A DNA stretch of 62,879 nt, filler included. It is 5 parts of 5 records of this genome, joined end to end, with 100 filler letters (N's around TTAATTAATTAA, not from the genome) between each part and the next. Parts side by side here need not be neighbours in the genome. Positions count along the whole stretch, not along the records: positions 16,552 to 45,859 come from SRR31156797_7734; 4 more parts are not named here. One strand, written 5' to 3'. A model generated the notes under the pieces. It saw only the letters and a list, made by a program, of their open reading frames with translations, was not told the DNA's origin and searched no databases. Both the position numbers and the translations under genes were made by a program. This document shows, in pieces, positions 28,668 through 38,711 of this stretch (the stretch's first letter is position 1; each line of letters starts with the position of its first letter).

Positions 28668-29432
28668 TTATAACCTTACTGGAATATTTTCAGATTTGAG
28701 ATATCTTTTTAGATCCATTATATCTATCTCTTTAAAGTGAAATATAGAAGCTGCAAGTGCAGCTTCAGCTCCACCTATAGTAAATGCATCTCGTATATGT
28801 TCCATAGTTCCTGCTCCACCACTTGCAATCACAGGAATATCAATTTGTGAGCTTATTTGTGAAGTGATATCAAGTTCAAATCCAGTTTTTGCTCCATCTG
28901 TGTCCATAGAAGTAAGAAGAATCTCTCCAGCACCTCTATTATAAACCTCTTTTGCCCACTGAACTGCATCAAGCCCTGTATCTTCGCGTCCACCTTTTAC
29001 AAAAACATGGTACGATCCATCAGGTACTTTTTTTACATCAATTGCCACTACTATACATTGAGACCCAAATCTTTTTGCTCCTTGATTAATAAAATCAGGA
29101 TTTACTACAGCACTTGAATTGATACTTACTTTATCGCATCCAACATTTAAAAGGGCATAAATATCTTCTAGTTTTCTAATCCCACCACCAACTGTAAGTG
29201 GGATAAATACCTCTTGTGCTACTTTCTTAACCACATCAACAATAGTATCCCTTCCTTCATGGGATGCTCCTATATCTAAAAAAGTGATCTCGTCTGCACC
29301 CTCATTATTGTATCTTTTTGCAACTTCAACTGGATCTCCAGCATCACGAAGCCCAACAAAATTTATACCTTTAACTACTCTTCCATTATCAACATCTAAA
29401 CATGGAATAATTCTTTTTGCGAAATAACTCAT
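28668..29432 (-). CDS. hisF: Imidazole glycerol phosphate synthase cyclase subunit
   Basis: [35 protein letters not shown]. Confidence 0.97.
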   Translation of the reverse strand: MSYFAKRIIPCLDVDNGRVVKGINFVGLRDAGDPVEVAKRYNNEGADEITFLDIGASHEGRDTIVDVVKKVAQEVFIPLTVGGGIRKLEDIYALLNVGCDKVSINSSAVVNPDFINQGAKRFGSQCIVVAIDVKKVPDGSYHVFVKGGREDTGLDAVQWAKEVYNRGAGEILLTSMDTDGAKTGFELDITSQISSQIDIPVIASGGAGTMEHIRDAFTIGGAEAALAASIFHFKEIDIMDLKRYLKSENIPVRL

Positions 29433-29558
29433 TGATTTCCTTCTTACTATTTAAGGATATAATTATATCAAATCTACATAAATTTAGTATTGAGTCTAAA
29501 ATAATATAAAATAATGTTATAAGTTTAAGTTTTACTTGGCTAGAATATCAAGATTATC

Positions 29559-30386
29559 ATGAGAAAAGATTCTAATAACTACCAAGCAAAAAAGAAGTTT
29601 GGACAAAATTTTTTAAAAGATGAGAGTGTTCTAGACAAGATCATCCAATCGATGCCCCAAAACAATAATAGAATTATTGAGATAGGGCCTGGCTTAGGTG
29701 ATTTGACAAAGAGACTTGTCAAGTGCAAAGATGTGACAGCCTATGAGGTTGATAGAGATTTATATTCTATCTTGCATACCGAATTTAAAGATCAGTTAGA
29801 CAAGGGTTCGTTAAATATCATTTTAGGTGATGTTTTAGAGCAATGGAAAACTAATGGATCACTATATAATAGCAGATATGATCTAATTGCAAACCTGCCT
29901 TATTATATAGCAACAAATATAATACTTAATTGTTTAAGCGATGATAGATGTGAGCATATTATCGTTATGATACAAAAAGAGGTAGCGGACAAATTTACTG
30001 CACAATGCGGTCAAAAAGAATTTGGTGCATTAAGTGTGATCACTACCTTGCTTTGTGATGAGATGAAAACTTTAGTTGTAGTGCCACCAACAAGTTTTGA
30101 TCCTCCTCCAAAGGTGGATTCAAGTGTGATCTTTTTAAAAAAAGATCTTACAAAAACTTTTAGTGAAAGCTTCAATAAGTTTTTAAAAGTAGCTTTTAGC
30201 GCACCTAGAAAAAAACTTTTAAAAAATCTCACCAGCTCTTTTGATAAAACTTTATTAGAGGAGAGTTTTGAACAATTAGGTATTGATTCGAATGCAAGAC
30301 CTCACCAAGTTGAAGCATCTTTGTATAGCCAGATTTATACAAAGGTAAACAAACATGGAAATGACGATAGACAAACCAGTATCTGA
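29559..30386 (+). CDS. rsmA: 16S rRNA dimethyladenosine transferase
   Basis: KKFGQNFL, EIGPGLG, ANLPYYI, QKEVA, FDPPPKVDS. Confidence 0.96.
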   Translation: MRKDSNNYQAKKKFGQNFLKDESVLDKIIQSMPQNNNRIIEIGPGLGDLTKRLVKCKDVTAYEVDRDLYSILHTEFKDQLDKGSLNIILGDVLEQWKTNGSLYNSRYDLIANLPYYIATNIILNCLSDDRCEHIIVMIQKEVADKFTAQCGQKEFGALSVITTLLCDEMKTLVVVPPTSFDPPPKVDSSVIFLKKDLTKTFSESFNKFLKVAFSAPRKKLLKNLTSSFDKTLLEESFEQLGIDSNARPHQVEASLYSQIYTKVNKHGNDDRQTSI

Positions 30387-32268
30387 AGTTGAAGTTAAAA
30401 ACGACAATACTCCAGAAACTGAAAATGTAAAAAAAGAAGATTCTACGAATAACCAAAAACCAAATGGAAAAGGGAGAACAGTTCCACAAAAACGAAAACC
30501 TCCTACCAGTGGAAATGGTTGGACAAATGATTTAAAAAAAGCATTTGAACAAAATGAAAGAATACAAAAAGAGAGACTTAATCCACACAATAAGTTAAAT
30601 CTTAAAGCAACAACATCAATTAAAGTAACTCCACTTGGAGGTCTTGGTGAGATTGGTGGAAATATGATGGTAATAGAGACTGAAAAAAGTGCTATTATTA
30701 TTGATGTAGGGATGAGTTTCCCAGATGATTCTATGCATGGAGTAGATATTTTAATTCCAGATTTTACTTATATAAGACAAATTAAAAGTAAGATTACAGC
30801 TATTTGTATCACTCACTCTCATGAGGATCATATTGGTGGTATGCCATATATTTTTAAAGAGCTTCAAGTGCCAATCTATGGAACTTCACTTCCACTAGAA
30901 TCAGTAGGAGCAAAATTTGATGAACATAAAATGAAACAACATAGAAGTTACTTTAGAGCAATTCAAAAAAGAAAACCTATCAAAATAGGGGAATTTGAAG
31001 TGGAATGGATGCATATCACTCACTCTATTATTGATAGCTCAGCTCTAGCTATTACAACTGAAGCAGGAACTATTATCCATACTGGAGATTATAAAATAGA
31101 TCATACTCCAATTGATGGATATCCTACAGATATACATAGACTTGCATACTATGGTGAAAAAGGGGTAATGGCTCTTTTAAGTGATAGTACAAACTCTCAT
31201 TCACCAGGATATACAAAATCTGAGCGAACAGTTGGACCTACATTTGATATGCTTTTTGCAAAAGCTGAGGGTAGAATTATTATGTCAACATTTTCATCAA
31301 ATCTTCATCGTGTTGCTCAAGCGATCCAAAGAGGAATTGATCATGGAAGAAAGATCTGTGTGATCGGTAGAAGTATGGAAAAGAACCTAGAGATCGCTAT
31401 GAGCCTAGGATATTTAAAATTTCCAAAAGATAAATTTATCGATGCACATGAAGTAAATAAATATACAGATAAAGAGGTCTTGATCGTAACTACTGGATCA
31501 CAAGGGGAACCTATGAGTGCTCTATTTAGAATGTCAATCCATGAACATAGACATATTAAGATCAAGCCATCTGATATGGTAATACTTTCAGCAAAAGCGA
31601 TTCCTGGGAATGAGGGAAGTGTATCTGAGATCATCAACCAACTACAAAAAGCTGGAGCTCATGTAGCATATCAAAACTATGACAATATTCACGTTTCGGG
31701 ACATGGTGCACAAGAGGAGCAAAAGCTGATCTTACGACTTACAAAACCAAAATTCTTCTTACCAATCCATGGTGAGTATAATCATGTTGTAAGACATATT
31801 CAAACAGGTATTGATTGTGGTGTTCTTGAACGAAATACATACATCTTAAGTGATGGTGAACAAGTTGAGATCGCTCCAAAATATATGAAAAAAGTAAAAA
31901 CTGTAAAAACAGGTAAGACATATATTGATAACCAAAACAATAAAAGAATTGGTGATGATGTCGTTATAGATAGACAAACAATGGCAAACGAAGGTGTTGT
32001 GATGATCGTCGCACAAATCTCTGAAAATGACAGAGAGATTGTAGGAACATCACGTGTGAGTTCATTTGGTATGGTTGAAGCAAAACAAGAAAAGTATTTT
32101 ACTAAAGAGATTGAAGATGTGTTAAAACACTTCTTAGATCATATCAAACCTGGTATCTTACAAAACACAAGAGCAGTGGAAGAGGAACTTCGAAAAGTAG
32201 TTAGAAAACATTGTATTAGAAAATACAAAAAATATCCTATGATTGTACCTACTATTTTTGTACAATAG
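30355..32268 (+). CDS. rnj: Ribonuclease J
   Basis: PLGGLGEIG, THSHEDHIG, HTGD, HVSGH, PIHGEY; disordered N-terminal extension. Confidence 0.96.
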   Translation: MEMTIDKPVSEVEVKNDNTPETENVKKEDSTNNQKPNGKGRTVPQKRKPPTSGNGWTNDLKKAFEQNERIQKERLNPHNKLNLKATTSIKVTPLGGLGEIGGNMMVIETEKSAIIIDVGMSFPDDSMHGVDILIPDFTYIRQIKSKITAICITHSHEDHIGGMPYIFKELQVPIYGTSLPLESVGAKFDEHKMKQHRSYFRAIQKRKPIKIGEFEVEWMHITHSIIDSSALAITTEAGTIIHTGDYKIDHTPIDGYPTDIHRLAYYGEKGVMALLSDSTNSHSPGYTKSERTVGPTFDMLFAKAEGRIIMSTFSSNLHRVAQAIQRGIDHGRKICVIGRSMEKNLEIAMSLGYLKFPKDKFIDAHEVNKYTDKEVLIVTTGSQGEPMSALFRMSIHEHRHIKIKPSDMVILSAKAIPGNEGSVSEIINQLQKAGAHVAYQNYDNIHVSGHGAQEEQKLILRLTKPKFFLPIHGEYNHVVRHIQTGIDCGVLERNTYILSDGEQVEIAPKYMKKVKTVKTGKTYIDNQNNKRIGDDVVIDRQTMANEGVVMIVAQISENDREIVGTSRVSSFGMVEAKQEKYFTKEIEDVLKHFLDHIKPGILQNTRAVEEELRKVVRKHCIRKYKKYPMIVPTIFVQ

Positions 32269-32283
32269 TAAATATTAAACTTA

Positions 32284-32323
32284 TATCAAAAAAGAGAGTG
32301 AATAATCACTCCCTTTTTTGATA
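32284..32323 (+). terminator. Intrinsic terminator after rnj
   Basis: TATCAAAAAAGAGAGTGA-ATAA-TCACTCCCTTTTTTGATA. Confidence 0.7.
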
Positions 32324-32348
32324 AATTTTCAAATAATCATCAAACTTA

Positions 32349-32398
32349 CAGGGACGCGAAATAAAATAAAGTGAGGTTCACTCACTTTATTTTATTTC
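32349..32398. repeat. Palindromic repeat copy 2 (18-bp perfect inverted repeat)
   Basis: GAAATAAAATAAAGTGAG-GTTCA-CTCACTTTATTTTATTTC, preceded by CAGGGACGC (copy 1 has CAGTGACTC). Confidence 0.65.
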
Positions 32399-32401
32399 TT
32401 C

Positions 32402-32417
32402 TGTTCCATGTGGAACA
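32402..32417. promoter_or_regulatory. parS: parS centromere-like site
   Basis: TGTTCCATGTGGAACA, one mismatch from the site at 28111. Confidence 0.8.
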
Positions 32418-32464
32418 TTATCAAAATTTAGATATAATCCCTTTAATATATCTATGGAGAACTT

Positions 32465-33271
32465 ATGAAAAAAGACCAAGAAAAAGAGCTAATAAGACTA
32501 AACAAGTTTATTTCACATAATAGTAAATATAGTCGTAGAGAAGCAGATGAACTTATAAAAAATGGTGAAGTATCCATAGACAAAAAAGTGATCACTGATC
32601 TAGCAACAAAAGTTACTGAAAATACTGAGGTACAGGTAAAAGGAAAAACTGTAAAAGTTGATAACACTAAACCACCTACTGTAATAATCTATAATAAACT
32701 AAAAGGGGAGATCGTATCTAAAAAAGATCCTCAAGGAAGAACAGTGATCTATGATACTATTCCAAAAAAATATTCACACTTTATCCCTATAGGACGACTT
32801 GACTTTGCAAGTGAAGGGATGCTTTTACTTACTGATGATCCCAAAATTGCTACAGCACTTATGACTTCAAATCTTGAGAGGGTTTATAATCTAAAAATAG
32901 AAGGTTCAATTACTTCAGCTATGATGCAAGCTATGCAAAGTGGATTAAGAATTGAAGATACTATGGAAGGAGCACATGAAGATACTCAAATAGACTCCAT
33001 GGAGTTTGCTCCTTTTTTATGGTTTGATATTAAAACAAACACTCCAAAATTCTCTAAACTCAAAGTTGCTATTACTGAGGGGAAAAATAGGGAGCTTAGA
33101 AGATTTTTTGCACACTTTGGAAGCAAGGTAATGGATCTTAAACGTGTAAGCTTTGGAGGGATCAATCTTAATAATCTTCCATCAGGGAAGGTACGATATC
33201 TTACACGAGAAGAGTATCAAAATCTACGATACTTTGTTAAAGGTGTAGAGATGGAGCAAAATGGAAGGTAA
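32465..33271 (+). CDS. rluB: RsuA/RluB-family pseudouridine synthase
   Basis: S4 domain RLNKFI..SRREAD, GRLDFASEG, EGKNRELRR. Confidence 0.85.
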   Translation: MKKDQEKELIRLNKFISHNSKYSRREADELIKNGEVSIDKKVITDLATKVTENTEVQVKGKTVKVDNTKPPTVIIYNKLKGEIVSKKDPQGRTVIYDTIPKKYSHFIPIGRLDFASEGMLLLTDDPKIATALMTSNLERVYNLKIEGSITSAMMQAMQSGLRIEDTMEGAHEDTQIDSMEFAPFLWFDIKTNTPKFSKLKVAITEGKNRELRRFFAHFGSKVMDLKRVSFGGINLNNLPSGKVRYLTREEYQNLRYFVKGVEMEQNGR

Positions 33272-34457
33272 TCTTGCCAATCTTTTACGTCCAAATAATT
33301 TAGAAGAATTTGTTGGACAAACTCATATTATAGGAAAAGGGAAAACTCTTTATAAATTGATAGAGAAAAAAGATGTACCCCATCTGTTTTTTTATGGAAG
33401 GCCTGGTAGTGGAAAAACTTCTTTAGCTAAGATCATTGCAAAACGTGTTGATTTTGATTTTTATTCACTCAATGCAACCAGCTTGAAAGTAGAAGAATTA
33501 CGCTCTATTTTTAAAAGATATGATGGTGGGCTTTTAAAGCCACTTATTTTTATCGATGAAGTACATAGGCTTACCAAGACTCAGCAAGAAGTTCTTTTGC
33601 CTATTATGGAGAACTATGAAGCGATTATTATAGGAGCTAGTACTGAAAACCCTTATTTTTCATTAACGAATGGGATACGATCGCGTGGATTTCTCTTTGA
33701 GTTTCAACCATTAAATAAAGAGGAGCTTGAAAACCTTCTTCAAAGAGCTATTGATACTATTGATATAACAATAGAACAAGAGGCAACAGAGTATCTTCTT
33801 ACCACAAGTAATGGTGATGCTAGGGCTTTATTAAATCTTTTAGACTTCTCTTCAAAAGTTCATAAGCATCTTACTTTAGATATTTTAAAAGAGTTACGGC
33901 CAACGCCAATAGTTGATGGAGTAAGTTCTAGTGATTCCCATTATGATCTTGCATCAGCAATGATCAAATCGATTCGTGGAAGCAATGTAGATGCTGCTCT
34001 ATATTATCTTACTCGTCTAATAGAAGCAGGGGAGAGTGTAGAGTTTATCACTAGACGTTTAGTGATACATTCTAGTGAAGATATAGGCAATGCAAACCCA
34101 AATGCCCTTAACCTTGCGACAAGTACCATGCTTAGCTGTATAAAGATAGGCTATCCTGAAGCTAGAATTATGATGGCTCAATGTATTATTTACCTAGCAT
34201 CTTGTCCTAAATCAAATAGCTCCTATACAGCTATAGCAAGAGCGCAACACTATATACAGAATGAAAAAGATCTCAAAATCCCTAAACATCTCCAAGATAG
34301 TGCTGTAGGATATAAGTATCCGCATGATTACGGAGGGTTTGTGGAGCAACAATATTTAGAAAAAGATCTCACTTTTTATGAAACAAAACAAATAGGATAT
34401 GAAAAAACATTAAAAGAGTGGACTGAAAAGATCACTAAAAATTCTAAAGAGTTATAA
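33261..34457 (+). CDS. rarA: Replication-associated recombination protein A
   Basis: GRPGSGKTS, FIDEVHR, TENP, KSIRGS, EDIGNA, YKYPHDY. Confidence 0.93.
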   Translation: MEGNLANLLRPNNLEEFVGQTHIIGKGKTLYKLIEKKDVPHLFFYGRPGSGKTSLAKIIAKRVDFDFYSLNATSLKVEELRSIFKRYDGGLLKPLIFIDEVHRLTKTQQEVLLPIMENYEAIIIGASTENPYFSLTNGIRSRGFLFEFQPLNKEELENLLQRAIDTIDITIEQEATEYLLTTSNGDARALLNLLDFSSKVHKHLTLDILKELRPTPIVDGVSSSDSHYDLASAMIKSIRGSNVDAALYYLTRLIEAGESVEFITRRLVIHSSEDIGNANPNALNLATSTMLSCIKIGYPEARIMMAQCIIYLASCPKSNSSYTAIARAQHYIQNEKDLKIPKHLQDSAVGYKYPHDYGGFVEQQYLEKDLTFYETKQIGYEKTLKEWTEKITKNSKEL

Positions 34458-34466
34458 AAGTAACTA

Positions 34467-34475
34467 TGGTATAAT
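34467..34475 (+). promoter_or_regulatory. Extended -10 promoter for pyrB
   Basis: TGGTATAAT 26 nt before the ATG. Confidence 0.55.
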
Positions 34476-34501
34476 TCTCTAATAATTTTTTAGGATTTTA
34501 T

Positions 34502-35395
34502 ATGCAACACCTTATTACAACCGCTGACTTTACAAATCAAGAGATATTAGACCTTTTTAAAGATGCCAAAAAATTTAATGACATCCAATCTCACAAGATA
34601 TTAAATGGAAAACTTATCGTTACTCTATTTTTTGAAAACTCTACACGAACCAGAAGTAGCTTTGAAATCGCTGCTAAAAGACTTGGAGCAGAAGTGGTAA
34701 ATCTAGAGGTTCAAACAAGTTCAACTAAAAAAGGGGAAACTGTACACGATACCGTTGCAAACCTAAGTGCTATGAAACCTGATGCTATTATTATAAGACA
34801 TAGTGAGTGTGGACTACCTGAGAGTTTACGAAACTTTGTAAAATGCCCAATACTCAATGCAGGTGATGGGAAAAATGCTCATCCCACTCAAGCCTTACTT
34901 GATCTTTTTACTATTATGGAACATTTTGATTATAAGATAGAGAAAAAAAATATAGCAATAGTAGGAGATATCTTAAACTCACGTGTAGCATCATCAAATC
35001 TTGAATTACTTCCAAGATTTGGACTTAACCCAATCCTTGTAGCTCCAAAAGAGTTTCATGTAGTTTCAGAGTTTAAAACAATCAAAAACCTAAAACGGGT
35101 AATTGATGATATAGATATTATTATGAGTTTACGTGTACAGCATGAACGTCATACTTTTACTTTCTCAGAAGAGGAACTTGAAGAGAAGAGAAATAAATAT
35201 GCAAAAAAATACTGCATCACTAAAAAAATGGTAGGGAAACGTGATATCTTACTTTTACACCCAGGTCCAGTCAATAGAAATATCGATATTAGTGATGAGA
35301 TGTTAAATGATCCACGATCAAAAGTTTTAGAACAAGTAAAAAATGGTGTTGCTGTTCGTATGGCTTGTTTAAAGAAACTAATTTTAGATCAATAA
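34502..35395 (+). CDS. pyrB: Aspartate carbamoyltransferase catalytic subunit
   Basis: FFENSTRT, NAGDG..HPTQALLD, HPGP. Confidence 0.97.
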   Translation: MQHLITTADFTNQEILDLFKDAKKFNDIQSHKILNGKLIVTLFFENSTRTRSSFEIAAKRLGAEVVNLEVQTSSTKKGETVHDTVANLSAMKPDAIIIRHSECGLPESLRNFVKCPILNAGDGKNAHPTQALLDLFTIMEHFDYKIEKKNIAIVGDILNSRVASSNLELLPRFGLNPILVAPKEFHVVSEFKTIKNLKRVIDDIDIIMSLRVQHERHTFTFSEEELEEKRNKYAKKYCITKKMVGKRDILLLHPGPVNRNIDISDEMLNDPRSKVLEQVKNGVAVRMACLKKLILDQ

Positions 35396-35398
35396 AAA

Positions 35399-36337
35399 GT
35401 GTCTTTAAAAGAAGAACTTAATAAACTAGGGAAGATAAAAAAACCTTTCCTTTTTATTATAAACTACGATCTATCAAACTATGATATTATTCCATTAGAT
35501 ATATTACCTTATAATATACAGTATGAAATTGACACTCCTAAAAAGAAAAATAAGAAAACCTTTTTAGAAAAAACACCCATAGATTTTAATACCTATAAAA
35601 AAAGGTTCGATACTATTCAAAAGCAGATAAGAGAAGGAAATACTTATCTTATCAACCTTACAGCACCAACACAAATAAAAAGTGAGCTATCTTTAAATAC
35701 TTTATATGAAAATGCAAATGCCCGATTTAAACTTTTTTATAAAGATCAGTTTATCACCTTTTCCCCTGAGAGGTTTTGTAAAATAGAGGAGAATAAGATC
35801 TATACTTTTCCTATGAAAGGAACTATTGATGCGAATATTCCAAATGCAAAAGAGATTATTTTAAATGATCAAAAAGAGTTAGCAGAGCATACTATGGTTG
35901 TAGATCTTCTTAGAAATGATCTTTCTATTGTAGCTAAAAAAGTACGAGTGGATAAATTTCGATACTGTGAAGAGATTGAAGCAGGGGAAAATAAGCTTCT
36001 ACAGATCAGTTCAAAGATCTCTGGAGAGCTTGGAGAGAACTGGCAAAATAGCTTAGGTGATATTATCACTTCTATCTTACCCGCAGGAAGCATTACAGGG
36101 GCTCCAAAGAAAAAAACTGTAGAGATATTAAAAGAAGTAGAAAAATACGATAGAGGGTACTTTACAGGCGTTTTTGGGGTATTTGATGGAGATTCACTTG
36201 ATAGTGCTGTTATGATCCGTTTTATTGAAAAGGATCAAGAGGGAAATCTTATCTATAAAAGTGGTGGTGGACTTACTTGTGATAGTGATGTTAAAAAAGA
36301 GTATGAAGAGATGATTCAAAAGGTGTATCTTCCATGA
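35399..36337 (+). CDS. pabB: Aminodeoxychorismate synthase component I (short form)
   Basis: SPERF, PMKGT, VDLLRNDL, GSITGAPK, GGG chorismate-binding motifs; adjacent to pabC. Confidence 0.88.
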   Translation: MSLKEELNKLGKIKKPFLFIINYDLSNYDIIPLDILPYNIQYEIDTPKKKNKKTFLEKTPIDFNTYKKRFDTIQKQIREGNTYLINLTAPTQIKSELSLNTLYENANARFKLFYKDQFITFSPERFCKIEENKIYTFPMKGTIDANIPNAKEIILNDQKELAEHTMVVDLLRNDLSIVAKKVRVDKFRYCEEIEAGENKLLQISSKISGELGENWQNSLGDIITSILPAGSITGAPKKKTVEILKEVEKYDRGYFTGVFGVFDGDSLDSAVMIRFIEKDQEGNLIYKSGGGLTCDSDVKKEYEEMIQKVYLP

Positions 36338-36900
36338 GTCAGTTTTTCGAAACTATTTGTTGCAAAGATGGAAAAGCTTATTATTTAGAATATCATACTA
36401 AAAGAGTTTGGAATACTATTGGAAAAGATCTTCAACTTGATGAAAATATCACTCCACCTAACAATGGACTTTTTCGATGTAAAGTTATCTATAATAGAAC
36501 TCATATTGAAGATATCTCTTATTTTCCCTATAAAAAAAGAGAGATTAAAAAACTCAAAATCATCCAGTGTGATTCTATAGAATATACCTATAAATATTTA
36601 GATCGAACACATATTGATACACTCTTTTCTCGAAAAAAAGAGTGTGATGAGATACTTATCATTAAAAATGGACTACTTACAGATACTTCTATTGCAAATA
36701 TCTCTATTTTCAAAGATAATAGATGGCTAACACCAAAAACTCCTCTTTTACAAGGAACTACAAGAGAGCGACTATTAGAGGAACAAAAGATACAAGAAGC
36801 TGATCTTAGTGTAAAAGATCTCCTCCATTGTAAAAAGATAGCTCTTAGTAATGCAATGATTGGATTTGATATCTTACAAGACTATGAGATAGTATTATAA
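36334..36900 (+). CDS. pabC: Aminotransferase class IV / 4-amino-4-deoxychorismate lyase
   Basis: FETI, TDTSIANI, LLQGTTR motifs; ATGA overlap with pabB. Confidence 0.8.
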   Translation: MSQFFETICCKDGKAYYLEYHTKRVWNTIGKDLQLDENITPPNNGLFRCKVIYNRTHIEDISYFPYKKREIKKLKIIQCDSIEYTYKYLDRTHIDTLFSRKKECDEILIIKNGLLTDTSIANISIFKDNRWLTPKTPLLQGTTRERLLEEQKIQEADLSVKDLLHCKKIALSNAMIGFDILQDYEIVL

Positions 36901-37566
36901 TCTAAATCCAACTTTACTCACTGTATAAAAAAAGTTCTTTCCACATTTCTTTCGTATTCTCATAAGAAAATTCTTTAATGCTGATTCACTCATCTTCTCA
37001 TTTTTCCAAACAGTTTTTGCTAATTGTTCTTTTGTAACGATACTATTTTTATTCTCTAATAACAGTTCCATAAAAAGGATCTCTTTTCCTGTCAGTTTGA
37101 TCTCTTTTTTATCTTTTATGATAATCTTTTTATCAAGATTATAGTAAATATTATCTTTTACAAAAACCGTGTTTTGATTATTTGTCACTACTAATGATGC
37201 ACACTTTTCTAAAGTCTCTTGAAACTTTGTAAAATTGAGTGGTTTTATCTCATACGCAGTTAGATGAAGAGGAATCGCTTTAAGTAAAAACTCCTCATCC
37301 TTATGAGCACTAATCACTACAATAGGAATCGTTTCATTTTTTTCTCTAATCGCTTCAATAAAATCAAGTGCATTTCCATCTTTTAGTTTTAGATCACTTA
37401 AAATTACATCAAATACATTATTCTCAAAAGCATGTACTGCCTCTTTGATACTACTACAGTGTGATACGCTATGTACATACAATTTCAAAAAATTGATCGT
37501 ATGCTCTGCAAATGTTTCATTATCCTCTAAAAAAAGAATATTTAAATGTTTTAAACTCTTTGTCAT
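36895..37566 (-). CDS. OmpR-family response regulator
   Basis: REC (LED, SDLKL, IKP) plus winged helix (LTGKE...RIRKK...VGFRL). Confidence 0.9.
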   Translation of the reverse strand: MTKSLKHLNILFLEDNETFAEHTINFLKLYVHSVSHCSSIKEAVHAFENNVFDVILSDLKLKDGNALDFIEAIREKNETIPIVVISAHKDEEFLLKAIPLHLTAYEIKPLNFTKFQETLEKCASLVVTNNQNTVFVKDNIYYNLDKKIIIKDKKEIKLTGKEILFMELLLENKNSIVTKEQLAKTVWKNEKMSESALKNFLMRIRKKCGKNFFYTVSKVGFRL

Positions 37567-38711
37567 GTTTTTTTATACTCCTTACAAGTTATTTTAAATT
37601 TTACACCATTTTGTGTATTGTTTACATCTATTATCCAGTCATTTTTATCACCTATTGTTTTTACTAAATAAAGTCCAATACCCGAACTCTCACAGTAACT
37701 CACATAGGGTTGAAAAACACTATCTATCTTCTCTTCACTAATACCTCCAGCATTATCTTCAATGGTTACCATTAAGTTACCATTTTCTTCAAAAGTTTGC
37801 ACAATTATTTTTCTTTTTTCTAGCTTTTCTTTGATAAAAACATTCTTTGAATTATTAAAAAGTGATAAAAGGATCTGTGCAAATTCATTTCTATTTCCTA
37901 ATAAAAGAGCGTTTTCAATTCCCTCTTCTTTTGATATAAAAGAAAGGTCTATATTGTGATATTCAAAACTCGCACCTACTAGACATTTCGTCTCTTCAAA
38001 TACCTCTGTTAGACTAAAACTCTCTTGTTCATTACTCACCCTATAAAAATTTTGAAAAGTTTTCATAGTTTGTGACATAAACTGTATAATCTGCTCATTT
38101 TTATTTAAATAACTATCCAATTCATCAGGAGTGATTGATTTATTTATATGCAATTTTGCTTTTTGATAGTTATTAATACTCCCTAATTCACTTAAAGGTT
38201 GCCCCCATTGATGGGCAATATACATTAAAACCTCTCCCATTTCTGCTTGTTTGTTCTTTTGAAATAATAATTGCTGAGTATATTGTATCTCTTTGATCTT
38301 TTTTTCAACTTCATTTTCCAAAGAACATTGGTATTTATAAAGATTTAAATGGGTCTCTACTCTAATTTTAAGCTCCAAAGGATGAAAAGGTTTTGTCACA
38401 TAATCAACTGCTCCACACTCTAATCCCCTTTGTATCTCGCTAGGCTCAATCTTCGCTGTTAAAAAGATCACTGGGATGTTTTTTGTTTTTTCATCAGCTT
38501 TTAACAATCTACACACCTCAAACCCATCAATATTTGGCATCATAATATCTAATAAGATCAAATCAATCTGTTCGTTTTTTACGATATCAAATACTGCTTC
38601 AGGCTCTAATGTACATATCACATCATATTTTTTCAAAAGTTCCACTAAAACATCAAGGTTTCTTTTACTATCATCTACTATTAAAATTGAATCAGGTTTT
38701 AATTTATTCAT
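37563..38711 (-). CDS. Cytoplasmic REC-histidine kinase hybrid
   Basis: N-terminal REC (VDD, LDIMMP, TKP); IAHQWGQP; EDNAGG; SGIGL. Confidence 0.9.
   Translation of the reverse strand: MNKLKPDSILIVDDSKRNLDVLVELLKKYDVICTLEPEAVFDIVKNEQIDLILLDIMMPNIDGFEVCRLLKADEKTKNIPVIFLTAKIEPSEIQRGLECGAVDYVTKPFHPLELKIRVETHLNLYKYQCSLENEVEKKIKEIQYTQQLLFQKNKQAEMGEVLMYIAHQWGQPLSELGSINNYQKAKLHINKSITPDELDSYLNKNEQIIQFMSQTMKTFQNFYRVSNEQESFSLTEVFEETKCLVGASFEYHNIDLSFISKEEGIENALLLGNRNEFAQILLSLFNNSKNVFIKEKLEKRKIIVQTFEENGNLMVTIEDNAGGISEEKIDSVFQPYVSYCESSGIGLYLVKTIGDKNDWIIDVNNTQNGVKFKITCKEYKKT

Noticed and set aside
29433-29558. Strand switch between the parS sites as oriC
   Set aside because: No dnaA and no clear DnaA-box cluster; divergent hisF and rsmA promoters explain it
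8335-32417. ParA gene and parS sites as one partition system
   Set aside because: They are on different contigs from different organisms, and no parB is present
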